NCBI GenBank assembly: GCA_965263355.1
Contig: CBDHHL010000008.1
Location: forward strand, 1 to 42,393
Direction: 5' to 3'
Source: Leptolyngbyaceae cyanobacterium
GTDB taxonomy: Bacteria > Cyanobacteriota > Cyanobacteriia > Phormidesmidales > Phormidesmidaceae
Length of the DNA stretch: 42,393 nt
A program made the translations under genes and the position numbers. Of this stretch, positions 17,448 to 26,898 are shown piece by piece. The first letter of the stretch is position 1, and every line of letters begins with the position of its first letter. The notes below the pieces were generated by a model. It saw only the letters and a list, made by a program, of their open reading frames with translations. It ran no database searches and had not been told where the DNA came from.

Positions 17448-20159
17448 TTAGATTGTAAACGCAGGTAAACTTCTAACCTGGAAATTGTCGTACCGTCCTG
17501 TTGTATTCCTTAACCATCCACCGCATGAATTACCAGAGCTTTGGCTATTAGACGTAACAAATACTTCACCTTCAAATTGCACCCTTATTTCAGAATCAGT
17601 AAATTGAATTAATAACGGGTAAGGCGTGCTGCTATTCAATGCAGCGCCACTATAGGCGTAAGTCTCTAAAACAATATTGTTGTTTTCAAATAACCTAATT
17701 GTATTCGCCTGGTTGTTTGCAATTAGAAATACACCCAGTCGATTAGCAGGCCCTGCGTATCGAAACATTAGACCTGTAACTGCTCCTGCCAGAGTAATAT
17801 TTGCTGAGACCTCAACAATTGGTCCAGCCCAATCATTCTTAGTTGTGTAAAAGAAACCGTTTGCATTTCCCACTCTAGCTGCTTGGCCAGAACTTGCCAC
17901 AACATTACCTGATGCGTCAACTGTCCACCCTTGTCCACTTGTGTCCGTATCTAAGACGTAGGCTGCATCATCTAAAGCAAGGCTGCCTGAGAAGGTATCT
18001 AAAAATTCAGTAGTTGCAACTGAAGATGACGTTGTAGCCGCTATCGCAGAGACAGATTGATTGCCTGCTTTATCTTCTATAACAGTGAACACCTCATAAT
18101 CAGTGCCACTCGTTAGCCCTGTTAAGGTGACAGCACTTGTACTACTCGTGTAACTCAATGCCACACTTGCTGAGTCAATCGCCCCAGTCCCTGCCTTGAT
18201 AGCAGCTGCCCCAGGATTAGTGGTCCCGTCTGTATATATGGATGCATAAAAAGTAGCAAACTCTGACGAACCTGCTCTTACGTCTATACTTGTTTGTTGA
18301 ATATTCTCAACTGCGGGTGACAAACTAACGTTAACCAAAGGATCACTCCAGACTCTGGCCCCCAAACTCAGGCATTCAGTGATGTAAGCATCCGCCAATT
18401 GCCTATACCCCTCATCTAGGAAATGAACCGAATCACTCGCCACTGAAAAGCTATCAGCATTGATTAATCGTACATTTGCATCGTTGTTGGCTATAGTTTG
18501 CTGAGCCGATAGTATTTGTGCTCTTGTCGTCACATTACCTAAAGTTGTGGCAGAAAGAATCTGGACTAAGACAACGGGATAATCGGCTATGCCAATGTAA
18601 CTACGCAAATTAGCAATAAAGGTTGTTAACTGAGCTTCGTAATTTGGAGCATGAGTCACATTTTGTAAATCTGCTTCATGCTGAACAAATAGTAAGGGTA
18701 GTAAATATACTGTTCTTCCTTGGTTTTGCAATTCAGCAAGGCCAGGTTTAAGGAAATGATTTTCAAGTGCATTGGCTAAACCATTACCTGGCCCCCATAG
18801 GCCAGTTCCAGAGTTAAACCCTGTACTTCCTTGCGCACACTGTATCACTCGGATATCGTTAGTTGTTTCATCCTCCAAGCGTTTGGCAACCCATATGGAC
18901 GGATCTGGAAAGGAGCTACCTTCACGATTAGTATTAACGCCTAACTCAAAGGTTTGGAATGCTGCGTCATCATTTATAGACAACTGATCAGCTTTGTAAT
19001 ACGTTTGCACTCGACTAGAAAACGTGTGTGAAAATAAGGTTGCCCCCGGTCCTCCTTGCCATCCGTTTGCATTTGACTGACCCGCATCCGAATAAACAAC
19101 CGTTGCCCCAACAGGGAATAGATCTTGTAGTGACGGAGTAGCCGACCCCGCAATAGTAGAACCCAAGACAGTTGCCGCAACCTGGTTACCCGCCGCATCC
19201 CTGAAACCATCTGTAGGAACGGATACGGTGTAGCTACCGACTACTGTTGGAGTAATGTCAAATGTGACTGTGCGAGATAACGTATCTCCTGTATTGCTAG
19301 CAATTGCAACAGTAGCGTTGTTCTGTCCATCAGTGACTGAGATTGAACTAGCCGTGATGGTGGTGAGATCTAGAGAAACAGTATCCGCAAAGACTACCAC
19401 TATTTGGAAAGTAGAACCAACAGTCGTATTTGCCGGAATCGCGCCAGATAATGTTGCGGTTGGGGCAGTGTTGTCTACTGTAGAGTTATTGATAACGCCT
19501 TGATTAGCAACAGTGCCCAAAGTCGCACCGTTTTGAGCCGTAACAGGGTTCACTCCAGGTGCGTAGGAGATTGTGATCGAGTCAGAACCTGTATAGGCAG
19601 AATCTACGGTTAGAGTAATCACTGAGCCTGCAATAGCAACATTATTTACAGTCTTTCCACCTGATACTGTGAAGTCAGTTGTTGCGGGGACACTAGCGCC
19701 ATCTAATGCGCTGCTAAACGTCAGCACAATCTGATCAGGGTTCGCGTCCTCTACACTGGCTGATGCTAGCGATAAAGTTGGCCCGCCCGTTACAGGAGAC
19801 ATATCTCTAGCGTAATATGTCACATCTACTGTAATGATTGATCCTGTCGAAGCAACTAACGATGGATTCGTTACCAACCCTGATATTAAGTCCTCTAGTG
19901 CCGTCGCATTGCCAGGGGCATATCCAAATCCGATAGAGCTGCCAAGCGGTAAGGGGGCAGAATCATTAATTGATATCGTCGCATTGCTAGGGACAGCAGA
20001 CGACACATAAAAAGTGACCCCAGTTATATCATTTGGCACATTGCCAACTGTTCTAAGAAAAACTTGCGTATCCGTAATATTTGGGATTTGCTCGGTAGCA
20101 CCTGCCTCAGGCTGAGCAGATAGTTTAAGTTGTGCAATAAAACTGTTAATTACGCTCAT
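17448..20159 (-). CDS. Multidomain surface/fibre protein: SwmB-like and Ig repeats, SGNH (SASA/DUF303-like) acetylesterase, FN3-like and lectin-like domains
   Basis: IVLTFSSALD..SVPATTDFTV repeat; AGQSNA, QGSTG, QHEAD, DSVH SGNH motifs; LTGLTSGTDYEV FN3 motif. Confidence 0.75.
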   Translation of the reverse strand: MSVINSFIAQLKLSAQPEAGATEQIPNITDTQVFLRTVGNVPNDITGVTFYVSSAVPSNATISINDSAPLPLGSSIGFGYAPGNATALEDLISGLVTNPSLVASTGSIITVDVTYYARDMSPVTGGPTLSLASASVEDANPDQIVLTFSSALDGASVPATTDFTVSGGKTVNNVAIAGSVITLTVDSAYTGSDSITISYAPGVNPVTAQNGATLGTVANQGVINNSTVDNTAPTATLSGAIPANTTVGSTFQIVVVFADTVSLDLTTITASSISVTDGQNNATVAIASNTGDTLSRTVTFDITPTVVGSYTVSVPTDGFRDAAGNQVAATVLGSTIAGSATPSLQDLFPVGATVVYSDAGQSNANGWQGGPGATLFSHTFSSRVQTYYKADQLSINDDAAFQTFELGVNTNREGSSFPDPSIWVAKRLEDETTNDIRVIQCAQGSTGFNSGTGLWGPGNGLANALENHFLKPGLAELQNQGRTVYLLPLLFVQHEADLQNVTHAPNYEAQLTTFIANLRSYIGIADYPVVLVQILSATTLGNVTTRAQILSAQQTIANNDANVRLINADSFSVASDSVHFLDEGYRQLADAYITECLSLGARVWSDPLVNVSLSPAVENIQQTSIDVRAGSSEFATFYASIYTDGTTNPGAAAIKAGTGAIDSASVALSYTSSTSAVTLTGLTSGTDYEVFTVIEDKAGNQSVSAIAATTSSSVATTEFLDTFSGSLALDDAAYVLDTDTSGQGWTVDASGNVVASSGQAARVGNANGFFYTTKNDWAGPIVEVSANITLAGAVTGLMFRYAGPANRLGVFLIANNQANTIRLFENNNIVLETYAYSGAALNSSTPYPLLIQFTDSEIRVQFEGEVFVTSNSQSSGNSCGGWLRNTTGRYDNFQVRSLPAFTI

Positions 20160-20161
20160 GA

Positions 20162-20761
20162 CTATCTCAGAGTAAGGATCAATCTACAGTCAACTGTCGC
20201 TGTTATATCTACTGTGCTATCTTCTCGACGCAACCTGACGGCATATGCGCCCTCCAAGGAACCTGAGTCTGAACCCGTATGCCCGACCGTATCTCCCTGA
20301 GTTGGAGCTGCTGAATCTGCTTCAATCAAATCAAATTCATCAGCTGCCGCCGTCTGGAAAAAAGAAATTTCTGGATAGAAAACAAGTGGTCCATTAAGGG
20401 CAGAACTATAGTTGGTAACTTTGATCGCTGCTAGAACAGAAACAAGCTTTCTACCCGTTGGAATTGCTACCGGTGTTGATACTTCATTTTGAGTGCTTAA
20501 CGTAAAGGTTGTTCTTAGCTGCTCAGTTGGACGCTCGCCTGAAAGACCCTGAATACTATTAAGAACTGCATCAGTCGCCCCCGTACCGATAGGCACTGTG
20601 ACCGTTCTATCGATGTCGGCGTATAGGACTTGATCGGTTTGATTGTACCAACCACGGTCAACAGTGCCGTCATTCAACTCGTATTGAACAGCATCGATTT
20701 CAGGGTTGTTTGCACTCCCCACTGCTGAAGTATTTGGGAGAAAAGCGCCGATAGCTGGCAT
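20162..20761 (-). CDS. Hypothetical virion protein
   Basis: 199 aa; shares TVxIGTGxTxAxL with the 519-aa protein. Confidence 0.55.
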   Translation of the reverse strand: MPAIGAFLPNTSAVGSANNPEIDAVQYELNDGTVDRGWYNQTDQVLYADIDRTVTVPIGTGATDAVLNSIQGLSGERPTEQLRTTFTLSTQNEVSTPVAIPTGRKLVSVLAAIKVTNYSSALNGPLVFYPEISFFQTAAADEFDLIEADSAAPTQGDTVGHTGSDSGSLEGAYAVRLRREDSTVDITATVDCRLILTLR

Positions 20762-20763
20762 TA

Positions 20764-20988
20764 TTAATCCTCCTCTGCTGAAACAACACGGGCTCCGGCA
20801 CAGAACAAAGTCTTATGAACCTTGTTAGAGATAATTAACTGACCATCTTTAACGGAAATAACAACTGGTTCATCGTTGCCATCACCAAAACCTAGCCAAA
20901 CTGCAAACTCATTAGACAGATCGATATAAAACGTTTCACCGTCTCTTATTCTTGCGAACGCGATCGCTTTCAAAGCCTCACCGCTCAT
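20764..20988 (-). CDS. Small hypothetical protein
   Basis: 74 aa, start overlaps the upstream stop. Confidence 0.5.
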   Translation of the reverse strand: MSGEALKAIAFARIRDGETFYIDLSNEFAVWLGFGDGNDEPVVISVKDGQLIISNKVHKTLFCAGARVVSAEED

Positions 20989-21635
20989 ACCATCACCTCA
21001 TAAATAAACAACGACATATGCCACCACGCTATACCCTTGGTGGTGTTACTGCCACCATCAGCGTTATAAGCCCCTAAACACAACTTTTTAGGGCTTGTTT
21101 CTCCTGATAGGTCCAAATAGAATTCTCCAGACAATAGGCGCAACGTGCCTGTATTGTCGTTCTCCCCAGTGCCGTCCGCTTGATAATTCAATAGGCCCGC
21201 TGCGTGCGGGCCCGGATCTGAGGCAATGACTTGAGCCTCAAATAGATCAGCGTCCATTAGCCCGATATCGATATACTCGCCATTGCTCCAATTTTGGAAG
21301 CCAAAATTGTAGTGGCCCCTATAGAAAAACCCGTTTTGAAATTCGAAGTCCTTGCCAACGGTACTAGAACCTTCAGGGATTTCAGCCCCGCTAGAGTCCA
21401 GTAGCTTAATTTTTGCTCCTTTAATCCTGGCCTGTGAAACTCTCGCGGCTCCGCCCGTGCCAAACGTGAAGGTTGTTCTAATTAGTGGGACTTTTGCGTC
21501 TTCAGGGTCGTTACTGTTTGGCCTAAACGTGATATTCGTTGGCTGAGCTGAACCTGGCGCGCCATTAGCAGGCATCGCAAACCAGGCCATGCTATCAGGG
21601 AACCTGGACGAAATGAATTTCCCAGTAGGAGCCAT
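20985..21635 (-). CDS. Hypothetical virion protein
   Basis: 216 aa, coupled to neighbours. Confidence 0.55.
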   Translation of the reverse strand: MAPTGKFISSRFPDSMAWFAMPANGAPGSAQPTNITFRPNSNDPEDAKVPLIRTTFTFGTGGAARVSQARIKGAKIKLLDSSGAEIPEGSSTVGKDFEFQNGFFYRGHYNFGFQNWSNGEYIDIGLMDADLFEAQVIASDPGPHAAGLLNYQADGTGENDNTGTLRLLSGEFYLDLSGETSPKKLCLGAYNADGGSNTTKGIAWWHMSLFIYEVMV

Positions 21636-23194
21636 TACTGCACAACCTCTCTTGCGACAATCTCACCAGTTGCCGCCGATTCTGCGATTACTCGAATCTC
21701 CCCGTTAAAATCATCCGGTTCAAATCGGCCAGCCGGAATTGTGTAAACGTAATTTCCCCCGGTCGTTTGGGCAGCAGTAGAGCCGTATTGGACGTAAACG
21801 GTTTGATTCGTGCTATTTCGAATGACCACGTTTACTCTACTTGGATTCGCGGGCACTAACTGTTGATCAACATTGAGATTGGCACTAAGTACAACCGGAA
21901 CCGATGCACTTTGTTGAACTGCCGTGTTAGCCCCCGTACCACCCGTCAAGAACCAGGATAAATCAGGCTTATTCCTAGCAATCCTAGGGCCAGGGAACGC
22001 CCCTTGATATTGACGGATCGTCATTCGCGAGCGACTAAATGCTGTAGCTGCACCCGCAATATCTTGGTTGCCAAATACTCGCAAGGCCTCCAATGCACTA
22101 CGGCTAATCGTTATCGTGGTTCCATTGCTTGCCCATTGCCCTAACTCTGATGCGATCGTGGGGTTCGGGACGGGGCCATCGGTCGTGTAAATTAACAGCC
22201 ATTCATTTTCTGTCGCGACTGCCGTCGTCTCACTCTCAGTGTTGATTTGAGCAAGCCTATCTTGAGCGATTTCAAACGTGATGGTCGCGAACGTCGTCAC
22301 AGGCGATACGGTAAACCCAGTTGCGCCCGTAATAAGCCCGCCTGCAATTGGCCTGTCCGCTGTGGCCACTGTGTCGCCTGTGACCGGGATTTCGAGAACA
22401 GATTCAGAAACTAACAGTATCGGGTCGTTAGTGCTCGAAGCTCCAACTACTGCCGTAACGATCGCGTTCCCGTTAGCGGTCCCAATCGTAATTCCGTTCT
22501 CATCGGAAAACGCGTCATTGGCCGTGGGATAAACAAGGTCATCGCGACCAATGACCGCAAAGCCACTGTTCCCCGTGCTGGTGGTACCACCGGCCCCATC
22601 ACTAATATCGTAAGTGACAGATTCAAGCGAGCCTAAACCGCCAGTGGAAGAGCTTGCTGTCAGCTGGGCTTCTGTCGGCCCAGTACCAATCGTTACAGTT
22701 GCCCCTGATGGGATATTAGCTAGGGTCGTTCCATCGGCTGATAGGATGCCGAACAGCACAGGCCCAGCCCCATTAATTTGATAAGGCGTTGCTGACGGTG
22801 ATGGGGCCAACTGGTCTATGTCATCACTCGCCAAGGTAAACCTTGGCGTGTTTGCATCGACAAGGCCAGAACTTGTGGCAACTGTTGCAGGAAAATTTGT
22901 AACCTGAGTTGCCCCAGCTATTCCACCAACCGGTTCAACGTTTGTTGGGGCAGCCGCCAAAACTGCATTAGTCGTTGTGTTAAGCCATTCTGGTGGGTCT
23001 GTTCCAATTTGCCTAAGAACCAAAACGTCGCCAGCGTTATAACCAACTCCGCCACCTGCGGCCCCCTGAACAGTGGCGTAAATATTTGTAGGTACACCAC
23101 TAGTCCCAACAACTAAAAGATTGCCGCCCGCGTCAGCAAGTAAAGGGATCGGCTCTCCGTTAGGGTCAAGCCCGTAGATCAGGCGGCTGCTCAT
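21635..23194 (-). CDS. Putative head decoration/fibre protein
   Basis: 519 aa, Gly/Thr/Ala-rich; C-terminal LVPANPSRVNVVIRNS...YVQYG beta-sandwich motif seen in phage structural proteins. Confidence 0.55.
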   Translation of the reverse strand: MSSRLIYGLDPNGEPIPLLADAGGNLLVVGTSGVPTNIYATVQGAAGGGVGYNAGDVLVLRQIGTDPPEWLNTTTNAVLAAAPTNVEPVGGIAGATQVTNFPATVATSSGLVDANTPRFTLASDDIDQLAPSPSATPYQINGAGPVLFGILSADGTTLANIPSGATVTIGTGPTEAQLTASSSTGGLGSLESVTYDISDGAGGTTSTGNSGFAVIGRDDLVYPTANDAFSDENGITIGTANGNAIVTAVVGASSTNDPILLVSESVLEIPVTGDTVATADRPIAGGLITGATGFTVSPVTTFATITFEIAQDRLAQINTESETTAVATENEWLLIYTTDGPVPNPTIASELGQWASNGTTITISRSALEALRVFGNQDIAGAATAFSRSRMTIRQYQGAFPGPRIARNKPDLSWFLTGGTGANTAVQQSASVPVVLSANLNVDQQLVPANPSRVNVVIRNSTNQTVYVQYGSTAAQTTGGNYVYTIPAGRFEPDDFNGEIRVIAESAATGEIVAREVVQ

Positions 23195-23514
23195 ACTGTA
23201 ATCCTATGAACGATCTCATTCCAAGCGGTCGTATTCATCTCTGCTATTTCTTGAGCAGACTCAACGGTTTCAATTGGCCTAGCATTAATCAGCTTTTGAG
23301 CGGTAGCAGGGCCAACCCCAGGCAGGGCGATAAGCTCTGATGCAGACGCCTGATTGAGGTTGATGACATCAGGTGCTTCAGACTCGCCAAGGATCGCGAT
23401 AGCGCTCAGCTCTAAAAGTGAACCAACCGAATCGCTAGGGATATCCAACTCAGCCCCGACAGGGTAAAGCTTCCCCTTTACTATCAGCTCAGAAAGGCAT
23501 TTAACTTTTGTCAT
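23191..23514 (-). CDS. Small protein with ComEA-like helix-hairpin-helix DNA-binding domain
   Basis: INLNQASASELIALPGVGPATAQKLINARP; directly after the capsid gene. Confidence 0.85.
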   Translation of the reverse strand: MTKVKCLSELIVKGKLYPVGAELDIPSDSVGSLLELSAIAILGESEAPDVINLNQASASELIALPGVGPATAQKLINARPIETVESAQEIAEMNTTAWNEIVHRITV

Positions 23515-24593
23515 TACAAAGACCCCCGACCTAGCTGTAAGATCCCGTCTGGCAAACTCTGATCAACCGAGTAGTCAGCCAGTGGATCAAATATATTTTG
23601 GATTAAGGCACCGCAATATTTTGTGGTGATCAGCTCGCGGCGAGTATTGGCAACACGCAGCCAACGACCGCCCCGAATACCTAGGAAAGGATCTTCGGAG
23701 ATCTCCCCCGCAATGTCTGAGCCAGAATCAGTATTTGGATAGGTTGCAGCTGCACAAAAAGTAGGCATGACCGTATTGACCAGCGAACTAGTACTTGGCT
23801 CTAGCCTGACCAGGGCAGCTGAATTCCGCCATAGTCGACGTACGCTAAAGTTTTGTGTGGCTGCCTCAGGATCGACGCGAGCCTCGAAGTTAACATCGGT
23901 TTTTGCTTTTCCGATAACAACCTCAACTTCAAGAATCTCTGATAGTTCGTCGATGGTCAGCCGTCCCGCCTGAGCTGCGTTGCTTTGGCGAGCGCCGCGA
24001 ACAGATTCAACCAGGTTTGGATGAACGCGTAATTTGTTCGCGCCATGCTGGCTGATAACCATATGAGTCGCTTCAACCAACATCTGTTCTTTGATGTCAT
24101 CAATGAGTTCTTTGGGTCTAGATGCAGGGTTATCCCATTGATCCGCTGCCGCCGCGATCGCAATCACCCGACCAAAGTTGTTAGGATCAGAATATATATC
24201 GGCGACTCGCTTCTCCTCTCGAAGCCGCATCAAGTGACCAGCACCGCGAGTTGCAGTCGATTCTAGGTTGACCACCGAGTAACCAGCACGGCGCTGTTGT
24301 GCCGCGACTTCCTCGTCGTAGTTAGCGATAGGTACATCAAAGCCATAGTCTTTGGTGAAGCTTGCCCGTTGCTCAGAGCTAAACTGCAAGGCTGGGGGCC
24401 TATCGTATGGGCCAACTTCGTTTTCCGGCGCTCGCATCAATTGAGAGGCATCGCGCCAGTCGTATCTGAAAGTCATTGCGGGAACAGTGATTTCAGGCAT
24501 GACGATCCGACTAATAAAATCGGATTCTGACTGCATATATTCCTGCAATTCGCCCGTATGAACGGGCGACACGGTGAAATTCATTTGCGGCAT
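23514..24593 (-). CDS. Major capsid protein
   Basis: 359 aa downstream of protease and cement genes; EKRVAD...QWDNPASRP...LRVHP pattern. Confidence 0.85.
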   Translation of the reverse strand: MPQMNFTVSPVHTGELQEYMQSESDFISRIVMPEITVPAMTFRYDWRDASQLMRAPENEVGPYDRPPALQFSSEQRASFTKDYGFDVPIANYDEEVAAQQRRAGYSVVNLESTATRGAGHLMRLREEKRVADIYSDPNNFGRVIAIAAAADQWDNPASRPKELIDDIKEQMLVEATHMVISQHGANKLRVHPNLVESVRGARQSNAAQAGRLTIDELSEILEVEVVIGKAKTDVNFEARVDPEAATQNFSVRRLWRNSAALVRLEPSTSSLVNTVMPTFCAAATYPNTDSGSDIAGEISEDPFLGIRGGRWLRVANTRRELITTKYCGALIQNIFDPLADYSVDQSLPDGILQLGRGSL

Positions 24594-25027
24594 TACGGCA
24601 TTACTCCAGGTTGAATTGATGCATTGAACAGGTCATCCGCAGCTGCAGCAGTACTGGTCGCTCGACCGACAACCTGTTGGCCAGAAGCCGCAGGAATGGC
24701 GCGCCCTTCAGCGTCACTAGTCAGGTAGTCCCCGACTGCGATAGCAGCTCCAGCTCGAAGCTGGAACGACGGAGACCACATAATCACAGACATGGCATCG
24801 CCGACACGGTTATATGATGCACTCCAGCCGATTACTCCAATTAAAGCCGTTCCCGTGCCAGACGCCTGGACAGCTTGAGTGTCATCAGAACCTATCGCGA
24901 TCAGGCGGCAGCGCCCAATTGCAAACCCTGTCGCGCTATCAGTGTCAACAAGCCCAGTCGTGGGCAATGCTTCGATTTTCCATGGTTCTTCGTAGCAGTA
25001 CTGAGAAATATATGGGGATCTAGCCAT
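24593..25027 (-). CDS. Capsid cement/decoration protein (DUF2190-like)
   Basis: AGAAIAVGDYLTSDAEGRAI...VVGRA...AAAAD. Confidence 0.8.
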   Translation of the reverse strand: MARSPYISQYCYEEPWKIEALPTTGLVDTDSATGFAIGRCRLIAIGSDDTQAVQASGTGTALIGVIGWSASYNRVGDAMSVIMWSPSFQLRAGAAIAVGDYLTSDAEGRAIPAASGQQVVGRATSTAAAADDLFNASIQPGVMP

Positions 25028-26097
25028 TATGCAGACCTCTCGCTAGCGACTTGACGGATAGCTTCAGAAAAAGAGATTCCCTTTTCTTTCGCACGGTTGC
25101 GGGCTTCTATGTTCAGCGCAGCTTGCGAGAACTCAGCATCACTTGGAGCAGCCGGGGCATTGTCAGGGGAAGCAAACTCAGTTCCCAGCTCGACAGTCTT
25201 AGGGAGTGAAGCGATAAACGCCTTAAAGGCTGCTTTGGTGCCGACCGTTTTCTGGTCATTTCCGTACGAAAACTGGGCTTCGTCTGTAGGGAGGTTGGCG
25301 TATACGGCACTAGCCAACTCAGAATCAAAAACTTTCCCTTGGTTCAACTGAGCCTCAGTAAATGCCGAGAATTCAGCTAAGTCAGCTGCTAACTCCCTAG
25401 CCTTGATTTCAGCTTCCTTGGCCGCGAGACTAGTTTCCCTCTCGGTCATTGCGGCTTCTTTAGCCGCAATTTCTGCTTCGTTACGTGTCATATTTTCCTC
25501 ACTACTAAATGTTGGCGTGCTTTCATCGTCAAGTATTCCAACTAAGTTGCCTAAGTCGTCAATCAGATAGTTTGGAATAGCATTGTCAACTGCCTCAGCC
25601 GTCATCAACGAGCTGGACAGCATTAGATCTCGAATCCCCCTGAGCGCCATAGAGACTTGTCTGCCTAGAAAGTAGACAGCTTCAGCCTCCCTACTGGCAC
25701 CGAAGTCCATAGAGTAAACGTGTTCGCTGTCGCTGAGTGCTGAGAACTCGGCTGGTTCTAGATCGACCGCCCCTTGTGGGACTGCGGCTAAGTGCTTGAG
25801 CATCCATCCATTAGAACCCCTGGCTAGCTTGACGCTCAATTGCCAGGGCTTTGAGCCCTGAAATCGACTAGAAAAATCAGCAGCCACGTCTTTTGGATAC
25901 GCCAGCAGCCGATCGCCGAAGCGATGGATCCTGTCGAGAACACCCTGGACAGGGCCAGACTCGTCGTGATGGACGTACAGCGGGACGTTATCAGCTCCAT
26001 TCGTAACCAGTTGGTCAAGGTCCGCTCGCGAAAACTCACGCGTTACGCCTCGACTGTCTGTCCAGGTTCCGGCTTTGAAAATTTCAATCAGCGCCAT
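25027..26097 (-). CDS. Mu gpI-like prohead protease/scaffold
   Basis: IEIFKAGTWTDSRG...FSRADLDQL...PLYVHH...LSV...LKHLAAV; C-terminal coiled-coil scaffold with repeated EF[SA]. Confidence 0.85.
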   Translation of the reverse strand: MALIEIFKAGTWTDSRGVTREFSRADLDQLVTNGADNVPLYVHHDESGPVQGVLDRIHRFGDRLLAYPKDVAADFSSRFQGSKPWQLSVKLARGSNGWMLKHLAAVPQGAVDLEPAEFSALSDSEHVYSMDFGASREAEAVYFLGRQVSMALRGIRDLMLSSSLMTAEAVDNAIPNYLIDDLGNLVGILDDESTPTFSSEENMTRNEAEIAAKEAAMTERETSLAAKEAEIKARELAADLAEFSAFTEAQLNQGKVFDSELASAVYANLPTDEAQFSYGNDQKTVGTKAAFKAFIASLPKTVELGTEFASPDNAPAAPSDAEFSQAALNIEARNRAKEKGISFSEAIRQVASERSA

Positions 26098-26214
26098 TAT
26101 GAGGGAGATCGCATCAGAGCCAGTGTAATTCCCCTAAGCCGCCGTTGCAATAACCACGGCATTGCTGTTACACTTTTGTCAACTATTCCAATCGACTATA
26201 CAAAGCACGCGAAG

Positions 26215-26238
26215 GGGCGTTCCAGCACGCCCTTTTTT
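26215..26238 (+). terminator. Terminator-like hairpin
   Basis: GGGCGT-tccagc-ACGCCC followed by T6. Confidence 0.6.
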
Positions 26239-26242
26239 ATTG

Positions 26243-26289
26243 AAAAGTTTTGCAGGGTAAATCGACGCAACCTACCCTGCAAAACTTTT
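26243..26289. repeat. Dispersed palindrome copy 2 (17-bp arms)
   Basis: AAAAGTTTTGCAGGGTA-aatcgacgcaacc-TACCCTGCAAAACTTTT. Confidence 0.95.
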
Positions 26290-26340
26290 TCAGGGGGATC
26301 GGTATACTATCGAGATAGCGAGTGTCAATCCTTTAGTGTC

Positions 26341-26898
26341 GTGTCTAGGAAAAAGAAGCCAAATTTAGCCAAAGAGGTCAGGCCGGACGGATTTGGTAAG
26401 CTGTCTGACAAACAGATACGTGCCGGTCAATTATTAAATGCCGGATTAAGCCAAGTAGCAATCGCTAAAGAAATTGACGTGTCGACAAGATCGCTCACTA
26501 GATGGCTAAATACGTCAGAACTTTTTAAGAAATATCTAGGGCATCTTAGAAAAGAACGAGCCGATCAGATTCAGCGAATTATTGAAGCCAACCGTGAGAC
26601 CATGGCTGCAAACATGCAACTTGCGATCGCAACTTGTTTTGAGATTATGGGCTCCGGTACACCCATAAAGGACGATTACCAAAATACGGTTATTGATTCT
26701 CAGACTGGGCAGCCACTAATTAGCTATCGCTACTCAACTCATGAACGGCTCAGAGCTGCGGCACTGGTCTTTAGTTCAGCAATCAAAATGTTGCCGAACA
26801 CAGAGCCCCCTGACACAATTGAAGCTGAAGTTAAGGATGCTGACTTTTCCGAAGAACGACTTAAGGAAGTGCGAGAGAATGTTTACGGGATCTATTGA
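26341..26898 (+). CDS. terS: Terminase small subunit (HTH)
   Basis: Likely GTG start at 26341; LSDKQIRAGQLLNAGLSQVAIAKEIDVSTRSLTRW HTH; ends VRENVYGIY and overlaps terL. Confidence 0.75.
   Translation: MSRKKKPNLAKEVRPDGFGKLSDKQIRAGQLLNAGLSQVAIAKEIDVSTRSLTRWLNTSELFKKYLGHLRKERADQIQRIIEANRETMAANMQLAIATCFEIMGSGTPIKDDYQNTVIDSQTGQPLISYRYSTHERLRAAALVFSSAIKMLPNTEPPDTIEAEVKDADFSEERLKEVRENVYGIY

Noticed and set aside
25924..26340. Long N-terminal extension of terS in the ORF track
   Set aside because: It overlaps the protease gene antisense and runs through a terminator and palindrome 2; the HTH begins after GTG 26341
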